The notes under the pieces are model-generated. The model made no database searches and was not told the DNA's origin. It saw only the letters and a program-made list of their open reading frames with translations. The position numbers and the translations under genes were made by a program. Below are positions 50,517 to 63,274 of a stretch of DNA of 64,000 nucleotides, piece after piece (the first letter of the stretch is position 1; each line of letters begins with the position of its first letter). This DNA is from Mobula hypostoma (lineage: Eukaryota): contig NC_086097.1 in assembly GCF_963921235.1 (NCBI RefSeq), positions 124,374,001 to 124,438,000 of the forward strand, read 5' to 3'.

Positions 50517-50813
50517 AATACACAAGCAATATGGCTTATACCAGAAGTGAACAGTAGATTTATTAAAATGGAACTGGACATTGGCTTCAGTTTCTGTCAT
50601 TCCGCAAAATGAGTCTGAATAGCATTTCAAAGATACTGAACTGAAGCCTGCAGACATCAAACTAAGAACTTATATTGAAGAAGAGAATAGTCCTGTGGGA
50701 ATGACATTTGTAACAGTGAAATACAACAACCAACAAGCCACATTGGGCTTGTAAGTAGTAGACACAGGAGGGCCAGCATTGTGGGGTCGTGAGTAGTGGA
50801 GACAACTACAACT

Positions 50814-51030
50814 TCTGCCATCCGATTTCTAAATGGACATTGAACCTATGAACACTACCTCACTTTTATTCTGTTGTTGCATTATTTTTAATTTAACTAC
50901 TTAATTAATTTCATTTCTGTAATTGATTTATTTTTTCCTATGTTCATCATGAATTGCATTGTACTGTTGTTGCAAAGTTAACAAATTTCACGACATATGC
51001 CAGTGATATGAAAGCTGATTCTGATTCTGA
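50814..51030 (+). mobile_element. Rex1-like 3' end inserted in Gypsy
   Basis: Tail ctgattctgattct; Gypsy sequence is collinear on both sides. Confidence 0.75.
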
Positions 51031-51989
51031 ACTTGATTGGAGGTCTATCCACTATTTGCATGCCACATCCCCTGCAATAGCATCAACTGAAAGCAAATTA
51101 AGGAAGGTACTGGATAATGCCACGGCAGGGTTCAAGGATGGCATTGGAAAACCCAATCATATTAATGGTAAAATAGTGTTAAATGAAAATGCCACACGCA
51201 AGTTTTACCAAAGCCCATCTGGTTCCTTATACTATCCGTCATAAAATAGTCAGTGAGCTAGATTGCATGGTGGCTGAAGGAATTCTTTCCAAGGTTGAGC
51301 AGAGCTCACAGGCGACGCCCGTTGTCCCAGAGGCCAGGAAGAATGGGTCTGTCAGGATCTGAGGTGACTTTAAAGTCACCATCAACCTGGTACTGAAAGT
51401 ACATTGAAATTCCTCCGCTCAGGATAGAGGATATCTTCGCAAACCTTTCTGGGGGACAACACTTCAGCAAAGTGGACATAGCTGAGGTCGACCTACGGTT
51501 CGAGATGGAAGAAGAATCCAAAGTGCTTTATCACAAAGAGCTTTATCACTATAATGGGCTTATTTTTGCAGTAACATCTGCACCCGCACTCTGGTAGTAA
51601 GCCATGAAAGCTGCAAGACTGCCTAAGAAATCAGTTTTACCTGGACGCCATCATTGTTACCAGTAACGATGACAAGGAACATCTCCAAAACCTCAAGACA
51701 GTGTTAAAATGATTAAAAGATTATGGGCTCAAAATACAATGCAACATATGTGAATTCTGTAAACCAAGCACCACTTACTGTGGTCACACCATTGAAGCAC
51801 AAGATTTACACGTGTGATGAGAAAATTCAACCAGTGGTGGATGCCCCAAGGCCAAAGGGCATGTCACATTTGCAGTCCTTTTTAAGATTTGTTAATTGCT
51901 GTAACAGGTTCCAGCTAAACTTGGCTACCGTGCTCCACCTTTTGAACTCATTACTGCAGATCAGGAAGAAATGACAATGGGCAAAGCAG

Positions 51990-52135
51990 CATACATCAAA
52001 GTTGCTGGTGAACGCAGCAGGCCAAGCAGCATCTATAGAAAGAGGTGCAGTCGACGTTTCAGGCCGAGACCCTTCGTCAGGACTAACTGAAGGAAGAGTG
52101 AGTAAGGGATTTGAAAGTTGGAGGGGGAGGGGGAG
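51990..52135 (-). mobile_element. 146-bp Penelope pLTR insertion
   Basis: Perfect 13-bp TSD ATGGGCAAAGCAG (51977-51989, 52136-52148). Confidence 0.88.
52049..52084 (-). ncRNA. Minimal type I hammerhead ribozyme (Penelope-associated)
   Basis: Minus strand AGTC-CTGACGA-AGGGTCTCGGCCT-GAAA-CGTC-GACT: stem I AGTC/GACT, intact CUGANGA and GAAA, palindromic short stem III ACGT and a GUC cleavage triplet. Confidence 0.8.
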
Positions 52136-53809
52136 ATGGGCAAAGCAGAGTGAGGTGACTTTCCAAAAGGTAAAAGAAATGGTGACGTCAGACACTCCAC
52201 TCACACGTTATAATAAGCGTCATCCAGTGAAACTTGCCTATGACACCTTGCCTTATGGTGTAGGTGCAGTCATGTCGTGTGTTATGAGTGATAGGAGTGT
52301 ACGCCCATAGCCTTTGCATTACGATCCCTTACTGCTGCAGAGAAAAATTATGCACAGCTTGACAGAGAGGCCTTGAGTCTGGTTTGGGGTGTAAAATGAT
52401 TTAACCAGTACTTGTATGGGAGAGAGTTTATCCTCGTTACTGATCATCAGCCACGGCTGTCCAGTTTCAATCCACGGAAGGGTGTTCCACCAACAGTAGC
52501 AGCACAAATGCAGAGATGGGCTCGGTTTTTTGAAGGACACAAATACCAGGTTGAATTCAAGAGGACAACTAATCATGGAAATGCTGATGGATTGTCCTGT
52601 TTACCCTAGGAAGAAGAAATACCTAAAATATTTACAAAAGGGGATACTCTCCTTGAGTATTCTCTCTAATGCAAATTGAAAGTCTCCCCATTACAGCACA
52701 CTGTCTCCGCTCTGCATGACCCCCACACTGTCTCAGGTCTGCATGGTGACTCAAAATGGCTGGAATGTGCAGCAGAAATCTCAGTTCCAAGATGAATTTG
52801 CCCTTAGCAGGGGTTGCCTTATTTGGGGATTCAGCGTTGTTGTACCATCCAAGCTGAGAGCTAAAGTGTTGTAGGAGATACATGCCAGTCACCTAGGCGT
52901 GGTCAAAATGAAAGCATTGGCTCAAAGCTTTGTCTGGTGGCCTGGGATAGATCAGCAGATCGAGCAGCTTGTATACACTGTTCGGGATGCCAGCACATCC
53001 AGAAGAAAGATACTCAGAGCTGTTAGATCCTCTTTCTATTGTATCAGAGTCAACTCCTACATCCATTACAGAGGAGACCTCAGAGCCTGAGATTGTTTCA
53101 CAACCACAAGTCTCACTTGCAAAGCAGAATGAACTCCCTGGTCGGGAAAAACGTTACCCCACAAGAGTAAGAAAAGCTCCACAGTGATAAAATCTTTAGG
53201 CCTGAATGGGTCAATTTAAAATTTGTTGCGTGTATGTCTATATAGTAGTTGTATAGTAGCAATATGCTGTGCATATAGTTGAGATGCATTCTATATTGAG
53301 TTGGATTTTATAGCTAAGAAGGGAGAAGTGTGTATTTCATATTTCTGTAATATTTGAGTAATATTGTAAATATATTGTTTGATTAAGCATTCTTTGTTTC
53401 AATAATTCATTGTGGGTTATATGTAAAAGTATGTGAATGGCATATGTTATTACGTCATCATGTCATATGTGCATATCTCACTAAAGTAAACATGAAACTA
53501 AGACATGCATTCCCAGCTCATGTTTCCCTTCAATTAATTTTATGTTTTGGAGTACAAAACATAAGAGGTCCCACATCCATAAAGAAGGTTGCCTTGCCCA
53601 ATATCAGTGCAGGGAATGAATAAGTCAGACTCATCGAGAGATTTTGCACCAGAACACTCTCTTCAATCCCAACTATCCACGGTCTGCTTACACTAACCCC
53701 ATATTAATCCTTTCTCCATTCTCGCCACACTCTCATCAGCTTACCCAGTTCTAACACTCAGCTACAGATCGCGATCTTAAGTTACAGCAGCAGAATGGGG
53801 GGGGGGCAG

Positions 53810-54050
53810 GGGCATGGTAGTGTAGAGGTTAGTGTAATGCTATTATAGAGCAGTGACACGGATTCTATTCACATTGCTTTAAGGAGTTTGTATATTCTCC
53901 CCGTGACCGTGTCGGTTTCGTCTGGCTCTCACCCACATTCCAAAAAGCCGAATGTTAGTAGATTAATTGGTCACGTGGGCGTAATAGGGAATTGTGAGCT
54001 CACTGGGCCAAAAGTGCCTGTTACTGTGCTGTACCTCTAAATATAAAATA
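53810..54050 (+). mobile_element. V-domain SINE
   Basis: ggagtttgtatattctccccgtgaccgtg...cccacattccaaa. Confidence 0.7.
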
Positions 54051-54119
54051 AAAATTCTCTTCAGTCCCAACTATTCTCTACTTACATAAACTAATCCTAT
54101 ATTAATTCTTTTTTTTATT

Positions 54120-54865
54120 CTTCTCTGAGGAAAGGTTGAATAGGTTCAGTCTTTTTCCCTGGAGTGTAGGAGGATGAGGGTAGATTTGATTAAGGAATAC
54201 AAAATTATGAGGGGAAAAGATAGGGTAAATGCAAGCAGGCTTTTGCCACTGAGGTTGGGTAAGACGAGGACTAGAGGTCATAGGTTAAGGGTGAAAGGTG
54301 AAATACTTAAGGGGAACCTGGAGGAGGAACTTCTTCACTCAGAGGGTGGTGAGAGTGTGGAATGAGCTGCTAGCGGACATGATAGATGAGGGTTCAATTT
54401 CTACATTTTAAGAGAAAGTTGGATAGGTACATGGATAGGTGGTGTATGGAGGGCTGTGATCTAGGTGGTGTCAATAAGCCTAGGCAGAATAATAGTTTGG
54501 CATGCATTCGATGGCTAAAGGGCCTGTTTCTGTGCTGTAATTCTCTGTGACTCAGTGCACTCACATCAACTCCTCCAGATTCTAACATTCATCTACAGAT
54601 GGACATGGAAGTATAATTGGCCCATTTGTCCCATTGAAACTTCACTATTCAATCATGACTGATTGTTCACAAACCTATTGTCCCACCTCCTCTGCTCAAC
54701 CAATATCCCCATACCTACGAAGTACCTATCAACCTCTGCCCTCAGTGACCTGGCCTCCACTGACCTCCATGGCAACGAATTCCACAGATTCACCACCCTC
54801 TGCCTGAAGTAATTTGTCCTCATCTCAGTTTCCAAGGGACATCCTTCTGTCCTGAGGCTGTGCCT
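54120..54865. mobile_element. Two CR1 3' fragments (54120-54550 +, 54600-54865 -)
   Basis: RRMRVDLIKEYKIMRG and ETEMRTNYFRQRVVNLWNSLP. Confidence 0.8.
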
Positions 54866-55147
54866 AACAGCATTTTACAACAACCAATATACTGATCAAG
54901 ATGCCTTTGGTGGAAACCAGAGGACCCATGTGGTCACTCAGAGAATTTGCATTGTACATCAAGCTGCTGTTAATCAACTACAGCTTAGTGTTCAGTACCA
55001 TCATCCCTCCCCGTGCCCCCCCCCACTATTAATCAATAGGCTTCTAATTTGGGCCTCTGAGCATCCCTCAGCAACTGGATCCTCAATTTCCTTATCAGGA
55101 AACCACAGTCAGTGTGGATCAGTGATAACATGTTCCTCACTGACAAT

Positions 55148-56040
55148 GCATAGAAACATAGAAAACCTACAGCACAATACAGGCCCTTCGGCCCACAAAG
55201 CTATGCCGAACATGTCCTTACCTTAGAACTACCTAGGCTTTACCCATAGCCCTCTATTTTTCTAAGCTCCATGTATCCATCCAGGGGTCTCTTAAAAGAC
55301 CCTATCGTATCTGCCTCCACCACCACTGCTGACAGCCCATTCCACGCACTCACCACTCTCTGCGTAAAAAACTTACCCCTGACATCTCTTCTGTACCTAC
55401 TTCCAAGCACTTGAAAACTATGCCGTCTCATGCTAGCCATTTCAGCCCTGAGAAAAAGCCTCTGACTATCCACACGATCAATGCCTCTCATTATCTTGTA
55501 CACCTCTATCAGGTCACCTCTCATCCTCTGCACTCCAAGGAGAAAAGGCAAAGTTCACTCAACTTATTCTCATAAGGCATGCTCCCCAATCCAGGCAACA
55601 TCCTTGTAAATCTCCTCTGCACCCTTTATATGATTTCCATATCCTTCCTGTAGAGAGGTGACCAGAACTGAGCACAGTACTCCAAGTGGGGTCTGACCAG
55701 GGTCCTATATAGCTGCAACATTACTTCTCGGCTCTTAAACTCAATCCCACGATTGATGAAGGCCAATACTCTGTATGCCTTCTCAACCACAGAGTCAACC
55801 TGTGCAGCAGCTTTGAGTGGCCTATGGACTCGGACCCCAAGATCCCTCTGATCCTCCACGCTGCCAAGAGTTTTGCCATTAATATTATATTCTACCATCA
55901 TATTTGACCTACCGAAATAAACCACCTCACACTTACCCAGGTTAAACTCCATCTGCCACTTCTCAGCCCAGTTTTGCACCTTATCAATGTCCCGCTGTAA
56001 CCCCTGACAGCCCTCCATACTATCCACAACACCCCCGACC
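55148..56040 (-). mobile_element. HER1/CR1 LINE 3' fragment
   Basis: ORFs 55240-55551 and 55626-56027 (WAEKWQMEFN..LVRPHLEYCAQFWSP) and a (TTTCTATG)n tail. Confidence 0.9.
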
Positions 56041-56875
56041 TCGAGGATGTGTGCTTAGCCCACTGCTTTACTCTCTTTACGCTTGTGGCTAGGCACAGAT
56101 CAAATGCCAATTACAAATTCACAGATGACACCTCCGCTGTTAACAAAATCTCAGATGAGAACGAGGTGGCATACAGGAGTGAGCTGGATTGGCTGGTTGA
56201 GTGGTTTTGCGACAACAACCTTACACTCAGTGTCAGCAAGACCGAGGAAAGGATTGTGGACTTCAGGAAGGGGAAGTCAGGGGAACGCATGCTAGTTCTC
56301 ATTGAGGTGTCAGCAGTGGAAAGGCTGAGCAACTTCAAGGTCCTGGGGCATGAATATCTCAGGGCCCAACACATCGATGCGATCATGAAGAAGGCACAGC
56401 CAGCAGCCCTGCTCTATGGAAAGCTTTAGGAGATTTGGTCTGTCACATAAGACTTTAGAGATGTAATGTGGAAAGAGCTGACTGAATGCATCACTTCCTG
56501 CTCCAGAGTCTCCAGTGAAGAAGGGGTTCATAGGCTCCACCACCTGCATCATGGGCACAACCCTCCCCACCGTCAAGGACAGTTTCATGAGGCAGCGTGT
56601 CAAGGAAGGCAGCATTATCATTAAGGGCCCTCACCATTCATTGGGCATGCCCTCTCCTGGTTGCGACCATCAGGGATTAGGTACAGGAACCTGAGGAACC
56701 ACACTCAGTGATTCAGAACCATCTTCTTCCGTGCTCCATCATCAAATTTCTGGATCGTTCAGGATCACTACCTCGATATTCTTCTATTTTGCATACTTAT
56801 TTATTTTGTAATTTATTGAAATGCTATACTGTCACAATAACTAAAATTTTATGACATACACAACAGCGGTAATAA
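56040..56875 (+). mobile_element. Rex-Babar-like LINE fragment
   Basis: YKFTDDTSAV..WFCDNNLTLSVSKTEERIVDFRK. Confidence 0.8.
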
Positions 56876-57300
56876 GACCATAAAACATAAAAGCAGAATT
56901 AGGCCATTCAGCCCATCAAGTCTGCTCTGTTATTAGATCATGGAAAATTTATTATCCCTTCAACACCACTCTCCTGCCTTCTCCCCGTAAGCTTTGACAC
57001 CCCACTAATTAAGAACCTTGCAACCTCCGCTTTAAATATACCCAACGGTTTGGCCTCCGCAGCCTTCCGTGGCAATGAATTCCACAAATTCGCTACCCCT
57101 CTGGCTAAAGAAAAAATCTTCTTCATTTGTGATGCCGTGTCTCTTGTCCTAGACTCTTCCACTGTCAGAAACATCTTCTCTGTGGCCACTTCATCAAGGC
57201 CGTTCAATATTCGATAGGTTTTGATGAGATGCCCTCTCATTCTTCTAAACTCCAGCGAGTGCAGGCCCAGAGCCATCAAATGCTCCTTATACGTTTAACC
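56876..57300 (-). mobile_element. CR1 3' fragment
   Basis: ORF 56938-57279 LGLHSLEFRRMRGHLI..NLWNSLP. Confidence 0.85.
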
Positions 57301-57379
57301 TTGTGCTCATAGTAAGTCTGATTCTGGTGCAAACTCCATGCAGGTAGCATCAATGACCAGGACTGAGCTTGGGTCTCTA

Positions 57380-57660
57380 TATTTCCCCAGTGGCCACCCA
57401 TTTTAATTCCACTGTCCACTCCCATTTGAACATGTCGGTTCACAGCCTCCTCTACTGCCATTAAAAGGCCACCCTCAGGTTGGAGGAGAAACCCCCTTAT
57501 ATTATAGCCTCCAACCTGATGGCATAAATGTCAATTTTAAAGTTAAAAGCTGGAGGAAAAGAACCCTATAGGAGAGGACAGTGGACCGTGGGAGGAAGGG
57601 AAGGAGGAGGGGTGCCAGAGAGAGGCGATGAGCAGCTGAGGAGAAGAGGAGTGGTAAGGA
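57380..57660. mobile_element. Penelope fragments (GIY-YIG end on +, pLTR piece on -)
   Basis: PVATHFNSTVHSHLNMSVHSLLYCH..TLRLEEKP remnant. Confidence 0.65.
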
Positions 57661-58157
57661 GTGAACTAAAATTGCTTTGCCTCTGCTTATGCGTGGGAGG
57701 GAGAGCTGGGGGTGTAGGGTTCTTACATTTAACTGTCATTTATTTTTTGGGGCACTCCTCTGTTTTCGTGGATGTTTGCGAAGAAAAAGAACTTCAGGAT
57801 GTACGTATATTGCATACATTTCTCTGACATTAAATGTACCTATTGAAACCTACTGAGAATGGGGAACAGACAGAGAAGAAAGCGAAGGGGGTAGGGCTTA
57901 CCGAGAGTTAGTTAACCTGTATCAGGTCTCCACTTGGCCTCTGCTGCTCCAGAGTAATCAACGCAAGTCTGTCCAGCTTCGTGTTGTAACTTAGCCTCTC
58001 TAATCAAGACAGCCTCCTGGATCAGCAAATCTTTTCTACACCTGCTCAAAAGCCTCCACATCCTTCCTAAAATGTGGCAATCAGAATTGACTGGAACACT
58101 CAAGATGCAATCTAATGAGAGTTTGATAAAGCTGTCACATAGTTTTAGGGAAAAGTA

Positions 58158-58724
58158 CACCCATTGTGCTACTTTATTACGTACACCTGTACACCAGCTC
58201 ATAAGTACAAATATCTAATCAACTAATTACGTGGCAGCAACTCAATGTATAAAAGCATGCAGGCATGGTCAAGAGGTTCAGTTGTTGCTCTGACAAAACA
58301 TCAGAACAGGGAAGAAATGTGATCTAAGTGACTTTGACTGTGGAATGATTGTTGGTGCCAGACAGGGTGGTTTGAGTATCTCAGAAACTGTTGATATTCA
58401 GGGATTTTCACACACATCAGTCTCTAGATTTTAGGAGAATGGTGTGAAAAGCAAAAAACATTCAGTGAGTGGCAGTTCGGTGGATGAAAATGCCTTGTTT
58501 AAGAGAGAGATCAGTGGGGAATGGGCAGACCGAATCAAGTTGACAGGAAGGCAACAGTAACTTAAATGAACACATGTTACAGCTGTGGTGTGCTGAAGAG
58601 CATCTCTGAATGCACAATGCACCAAACCCTGAAGGGGATAGGGTACAGCAAAAGACCGCACCGGGTTCCACTCCAACCACTTAATGAAGTACTCTCCTGT
58701 ACCTAATAAAGTCGGCACTGGGTG
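58158..58724 (+). mobile_element. Tc1-like non-autonomous element
   Basis: TA-flanked TIRs; same family as 27275 and 44046. Confidence 0.85.
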
Positions 58725-60670
58725 TAACTCCTGAAAATAAAGAGCAAACTAGAAAAAAAACCACCTGGTTCCAGCGCAAAATCCATCATTCTTTCAACAT
58801 AATATCATGAGTACAACAGCAGAAACCTTAGCTCAAGTATTTCCACATGCTCAAACTAGCATGGGAAAGACAACCTAACTGACAAATTTACTACAACTGG
58901 ACCACAATTGATTGACTGGTTGTCTGTCGTATCCAACAATGACAGTCTTGTTAACCTGTGCAGAAGAGTTTTGAAAGTGGAAAAGCTATTGCACTGAGCA
59001 GTTTCACTCTCTTGATATCAGAAATCTGGGTTCAGTGGTACAAGTCATCCTCAAAACTGGAGTGGATGACCATGAGCCTTCTGTGTGTTGTCATGCCCTT
59101 CGCTCCCCATGATGCATCATAGAACTGCCTTCCTGGCCTTTGGGTCTCACCATTGATTTCATCCACCCAGTATGACAGAGCTGACTCTTCGTGCTAGGAC
59201 AGGCCAGGGTATTAAGCCCACGGGCTGCCCACACTTCACATAGCCCGCCTGTCAAACCGGTGTACCGGGATGTGGCTGCTGTCACATGTATACAGCTACT
59301 TGGAGCCACAGGTGACTGGTGGGTGTCCCAGAATGGCCACGACAAGCCCCTTCACTAGAAGGAGCTACACCAGTTATAGAGAAAATACAATTTCCTCATC
59401 AACTTAGTTTTAAAAGGAACCAACAAAGGAATTACAGGAAGTCACAGAGCAAATGCTTCTTAAATTATCAAAATAGCACTAAGTTGTTGATACAATAAAC
59501 AGCAACCAGTATGCGATCAAAAAATTACTGAAATTCTCAATTTTAATATGTTCACTACTTAAGAGTTTTAACAAAACTCTTAACGCCAGAGATTCTGCAG
59601 ATGCTGGAAATCCAGAGCAACACACACAAAACACTGGAGAAACTCAGCTGGTCAGGCAGCACCTATGGAGGGGAATAAACAGTTGATTTTTCAGGCTGGT
59701 CTTTCATTATTTAGATGACTATTTAGTGGCTTTTCCTTCATCAATATTTAGTGGTGATAGAATTGGATCCATATAGGAAATGGTTTCTTTAGAACAAGTG
59801 GTTTCTTTCCTCCCTTTAGAACATTGATGAGGAGGAATTTATTTTAGCCAGGGTTTTATGGCTCCCTTCTTGAATATTTTTCCTTGTTCCCTCCTCCTCT
59901 GCCATGCGTCACCCCCACCCCCATTAAACCTAATGGATTAGCTGCTGAAAGGAAGAACCAAAGTTGGAATAAACCAGTTGGGCTCAATCGACTTCTTCAC
60001 CTGTAACTTTTCCCTCAGACAACTGAACCTCCTGTTGACCACTGCCAAAGCATTTGCTGTCATTTTTAACATATTCGGGGCAAATGTCACTATGGATCGC
60101 TCTGCACCTTGCAAGTCAACTCATAAGGAGCCTGAAGACACACACTCACCGTTTTAGAAACAGCTTCTTCAGTTCTGAACAGACAATTAACCAACCCATG
60201 AACACTACCTCATTATTTCTTTGCTCTTGTTTTGCACTATACGTATATAACTGTAATTTATAGTTTTTAAATGTATTGCACTGCACTGCTGCTGCAGAGC
60301 ATCAAATTTCATGACGTGCGCCAGTGAGATTAAATCTGATTCTAATAAGCTGAGAAATTAAATTTCCTGCTTTCCCTGCAGTAGTTACGCTGGTGACCGT
60401 TACTTCAAATGATATTGTAATACGCGGAGAAAAAAATCTCGAACAGAGAGTGCTCTGATTAACTGCTCAACAGCAAAGCAAAAAGCTTTCATTTCCTCTA
60501 TCCACAATCTTCAAAAAATCTCTACCACTAACTGTTCTAACAGGCTCTGATCTGCACTCAATGACTTCAGCAGCTGGGGAATAAACATTCTTTAGAAGGT
60601 TTGTGCGATTATTCCGTTTGCCTGGATCCCCAAATCTTAACTCTGTGGCAAGTCCCAAGTCTGCACCAAC

Positions 60671-60766
60671 CTGATGTGTGCAAATTGTGACCCATCGCCA
60701 TGAATCATGGCTGTCTTGAAATTCAAAACTCAGCTCCAGTTTCAGTTCCGTTTCTTCTTGTGGTAT
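60671..60766 (-). CDS. SNX31: SNX31-like sorting nexin, internal coding exon (FERM F3 / PTB-like lobe)
   Basis: 96-nt phase 0/0 exon with acceptor ttttcctttacAG and donor CAG/GTTGGT. It encodes IPQEETELKLELSFEFQDSHDSWRWVTICTHQ, resembling the SNX17/SNX31 LELxFEY...WxWxxIxxxQ motif. Confidence 0.85.
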
Positions 60767-61179
60767 CTGTAAAGGAAAACTCAAGTGAGAAATGATTTGT
60801 TTAAGTCAAAATTAGACCTTTAAAATCACACCCTGAGCTACACTTGACTAGGTACTCCGAAATCCTATATTCACATTCAAATTAGTTTATTGTCGCTTGT
60901 ACCAGGAAATAATTAAATTCCCTGCTCACGTAAAGCTCACAGTGGACATAATAAATGCAGCAAACAAGGGCCAAGCACAGCATGCACACTGAGGTGGTGC
61001 AGAAAGAAACGTTTGAGAAATGGCAGGAAGAGGATATGAAAGAGGTCACTACACTGAATGAAAACCTTGAATATAACACCTATTATTTTGACGTGGTGAT
61101 GGGCAGGTGGAAACAGCTGGGGGAGGGGATAGGAAATTTTGTCGGAAAAGAGTGAAGATGCGGTCTCTGTTGAAGGCCA

Positions 61180-61662
61180 TGAATGAAAGCTGGAACCACA
61201 CATTGTGTAGAAGAGCACCCCATCATCAAGGAACCCCACCATCCACGCCATGCTCCCTTCTCACGGCTGTCATCAGGAAGGAGGTACCAGAGCCTTAAAT
61301 CCTACACTACCAGGTTCAGGAGCAGTTATTACCCTTCAACCAACAGGCTCTTGAACCGATGTGGATAATGTCACTCACTTCGACACTGAACTGATTCTAC
61401 AGCCTATGGAATCACTTTCAAGGATTCTGCAACTCATGTTCTTAGTATTACAGCATATCTTATTCAGTTATTTATTATTCTCTGTTTTTTTTGTAACTAC
61501 ACAGTTTGCTGCCTTATGCACATTGATTGTTTCTGTTTGTGTGCAGTTTTTCATTGATTCCACTGTGTTTCTTTCTATCTACTTTGAATCCCTGCAAGTA
61601 AATTAATATCAGGGTCGTATATGGTGACATATGCGTACTTCAATAATAAATTTACTTTGAAC
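61180..61662 (+). mobile_element. Rex-Babar-like 3' fragment
   Basis: IIKEPHHPRHAPFSRLSSGRRYQSL..RFRSSYYPSTNRLLN, with tail aataaatttactttgaact. Confidence 0.8.
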
Positions 61663-62429
61663 TGCCCTGGTGTTGCCCCTGGCTTAAATTCTCTGCAAAG
61701 TTTGATTGCCTAAGCTCAGGATGACCTCAGAAGTAATTGAACTAGAAAGTGCAATGTATCAGATCCCAAGGCAAAGCAAATGCAAGAATATCATAAACAT
61801 ATTTACCTTCCATGTGCTTCCTTCATGTTTCAAGAGACAACCTACAGATAAGGGTAGTACCAGTCTTGATCTCTGATCTATGCTGACTTTTCAGACTCTG
61901 ATGGTCACAACTTGCAGGCTTCCCCTGCACAACCCTTGGACTATGCTGGCCATCAACTCAAAACGACACTGATTCTATGCGCACGTGACAAGTAACGTTA
62001 ATCTCATAATCTCTTCTTTCTCCCCCCGCTGTACCTGGCCTCCTTTGTCCATCACCTCCCCCCCACCCTCAACTGGTTGCACCCACCGTGGAACAACTTG
62101 TGCTTTACTCGCACTCTTACGCCCTCTCAATCTTGATGTGGGATCTCAACCCAAAGCCTTTGCCCCACAGATACTCAATTCACTGGGTTCTTGCAGCAGT
62201 TTACATTTCTGCTCTACAGTACAGCATCTGCAGGCTTGAGTCCACACTCCCAAGCCACCAAGCACCCGCGTCAACACCTTTCAGCAGCTTAGCATGCACT
62301 GACAGGCTTGGAACGATAAAGTTTGTGGAGCCTCCTCTTTACACCAGAGGCTTACCTGCCCAACATCAATGCATGGTTGAAAGTGACAGCCTCGATCGGA
62401 TTTGTTAGTCTTGGGGCTGCTGGATTTGC

Positions 62430-63160
62430 TGGGAGCAAATTCAGAAAAAAAAGAGGTGAAAAGGGACTTGGGAGCCCTCATGTATGATTCCCTAAAGGTT
62501 AACTTGCAGGTTGAGTTGGTGGTAGGGAAGGCAAATGCAATGTCAGCATTCATTTCGAGAGGACTAGAACATAAAAGCAGGGATGTAATGCTGAGGCTTT
62601 ATAAGTTGTTGGTCAGTCTGCACTTTGAGTATTGTGAGCAGTTTTGGGCCTCTTATCTAAAAAGGGGAGGGCCCAGATGAGAGTCACAAGAATGAGCCCG
62701 GGAATGAAAAGGTTAATGTACGAGGAGTACTTGATGGCTCTGAGACTGTACTTGTTGCAGCTTAGAAGAATGAGGGGGGAATCTCATTGAATCCTATCGA
62801 ATATTGAAAGGTCTAGATAGAGTGGACGAGAAGATGTTTCCAAGAATGAGAGAGTTTAGGACCAAAGGCCACAACCTCAGATTAGAAGGAAGTCCCTTTA
62901 GAACAGAAATGAGGAGGGAATTCTTTAGCCAGAGGGTGATAAATCTGTGGAGCCCATTGCCATAGATGGCTATGGAAACCAAGTCATTGGGTATATTTAA
63001 CACAGTGGTTGATAGGTTCTTGATTAGTAAGGGTGTCAAAGGTTACAAGGAAAAGGCAAGAGGATGGGGTTAAATGGGATAATAAATCAGCCATACTGGA
63101 ATGGCAGAGTAGACTCGATGGGCTGTATGGCCTAATTCTGCTCTTTGTCTTCTGGTCTTC
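62430..63160 (+). mobile_element. CR1 3' fragment
   Basis: KRDLGALMYDSLKVNLQV..LYKLLVSLHFEYCEQFW. Confidence 0.85.
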
Positions 63161-63274
63161 TATCTACAGCATGCTGGGCTTTGTCATTCAGCACACTTGC
63201 ACACATTTGCCGTGGTTGGCAGCTCGTTTTCAGATCCCACGTGTTCATCTGTGCCAAGCCAGGGTTGGTCTGCT

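Larger units (their letters stand above)
49285..53566 (+). mobile_element. Second Gypsy LTR retrotransposon of the same family (5' LTR mostly lost, integrase core deleted), antisense in an SNX31 intron
   Basis: LTR end ...ttggagttactaaacaaca at 49314; gag, protease, RT and RNase H remnants collinear with 13191-21900; PPT aagaagggagaag; 3' LTR 53329-53566. Confidence 0.88.

Noticed and set aside
58905..59370. RTE-like 5' region with a possible HDV-like ribozyme (also 48840-49000)
   Set aside because: It looks like repeat sequence, but I could not assign the family or build the nested pseudoknot by eye.
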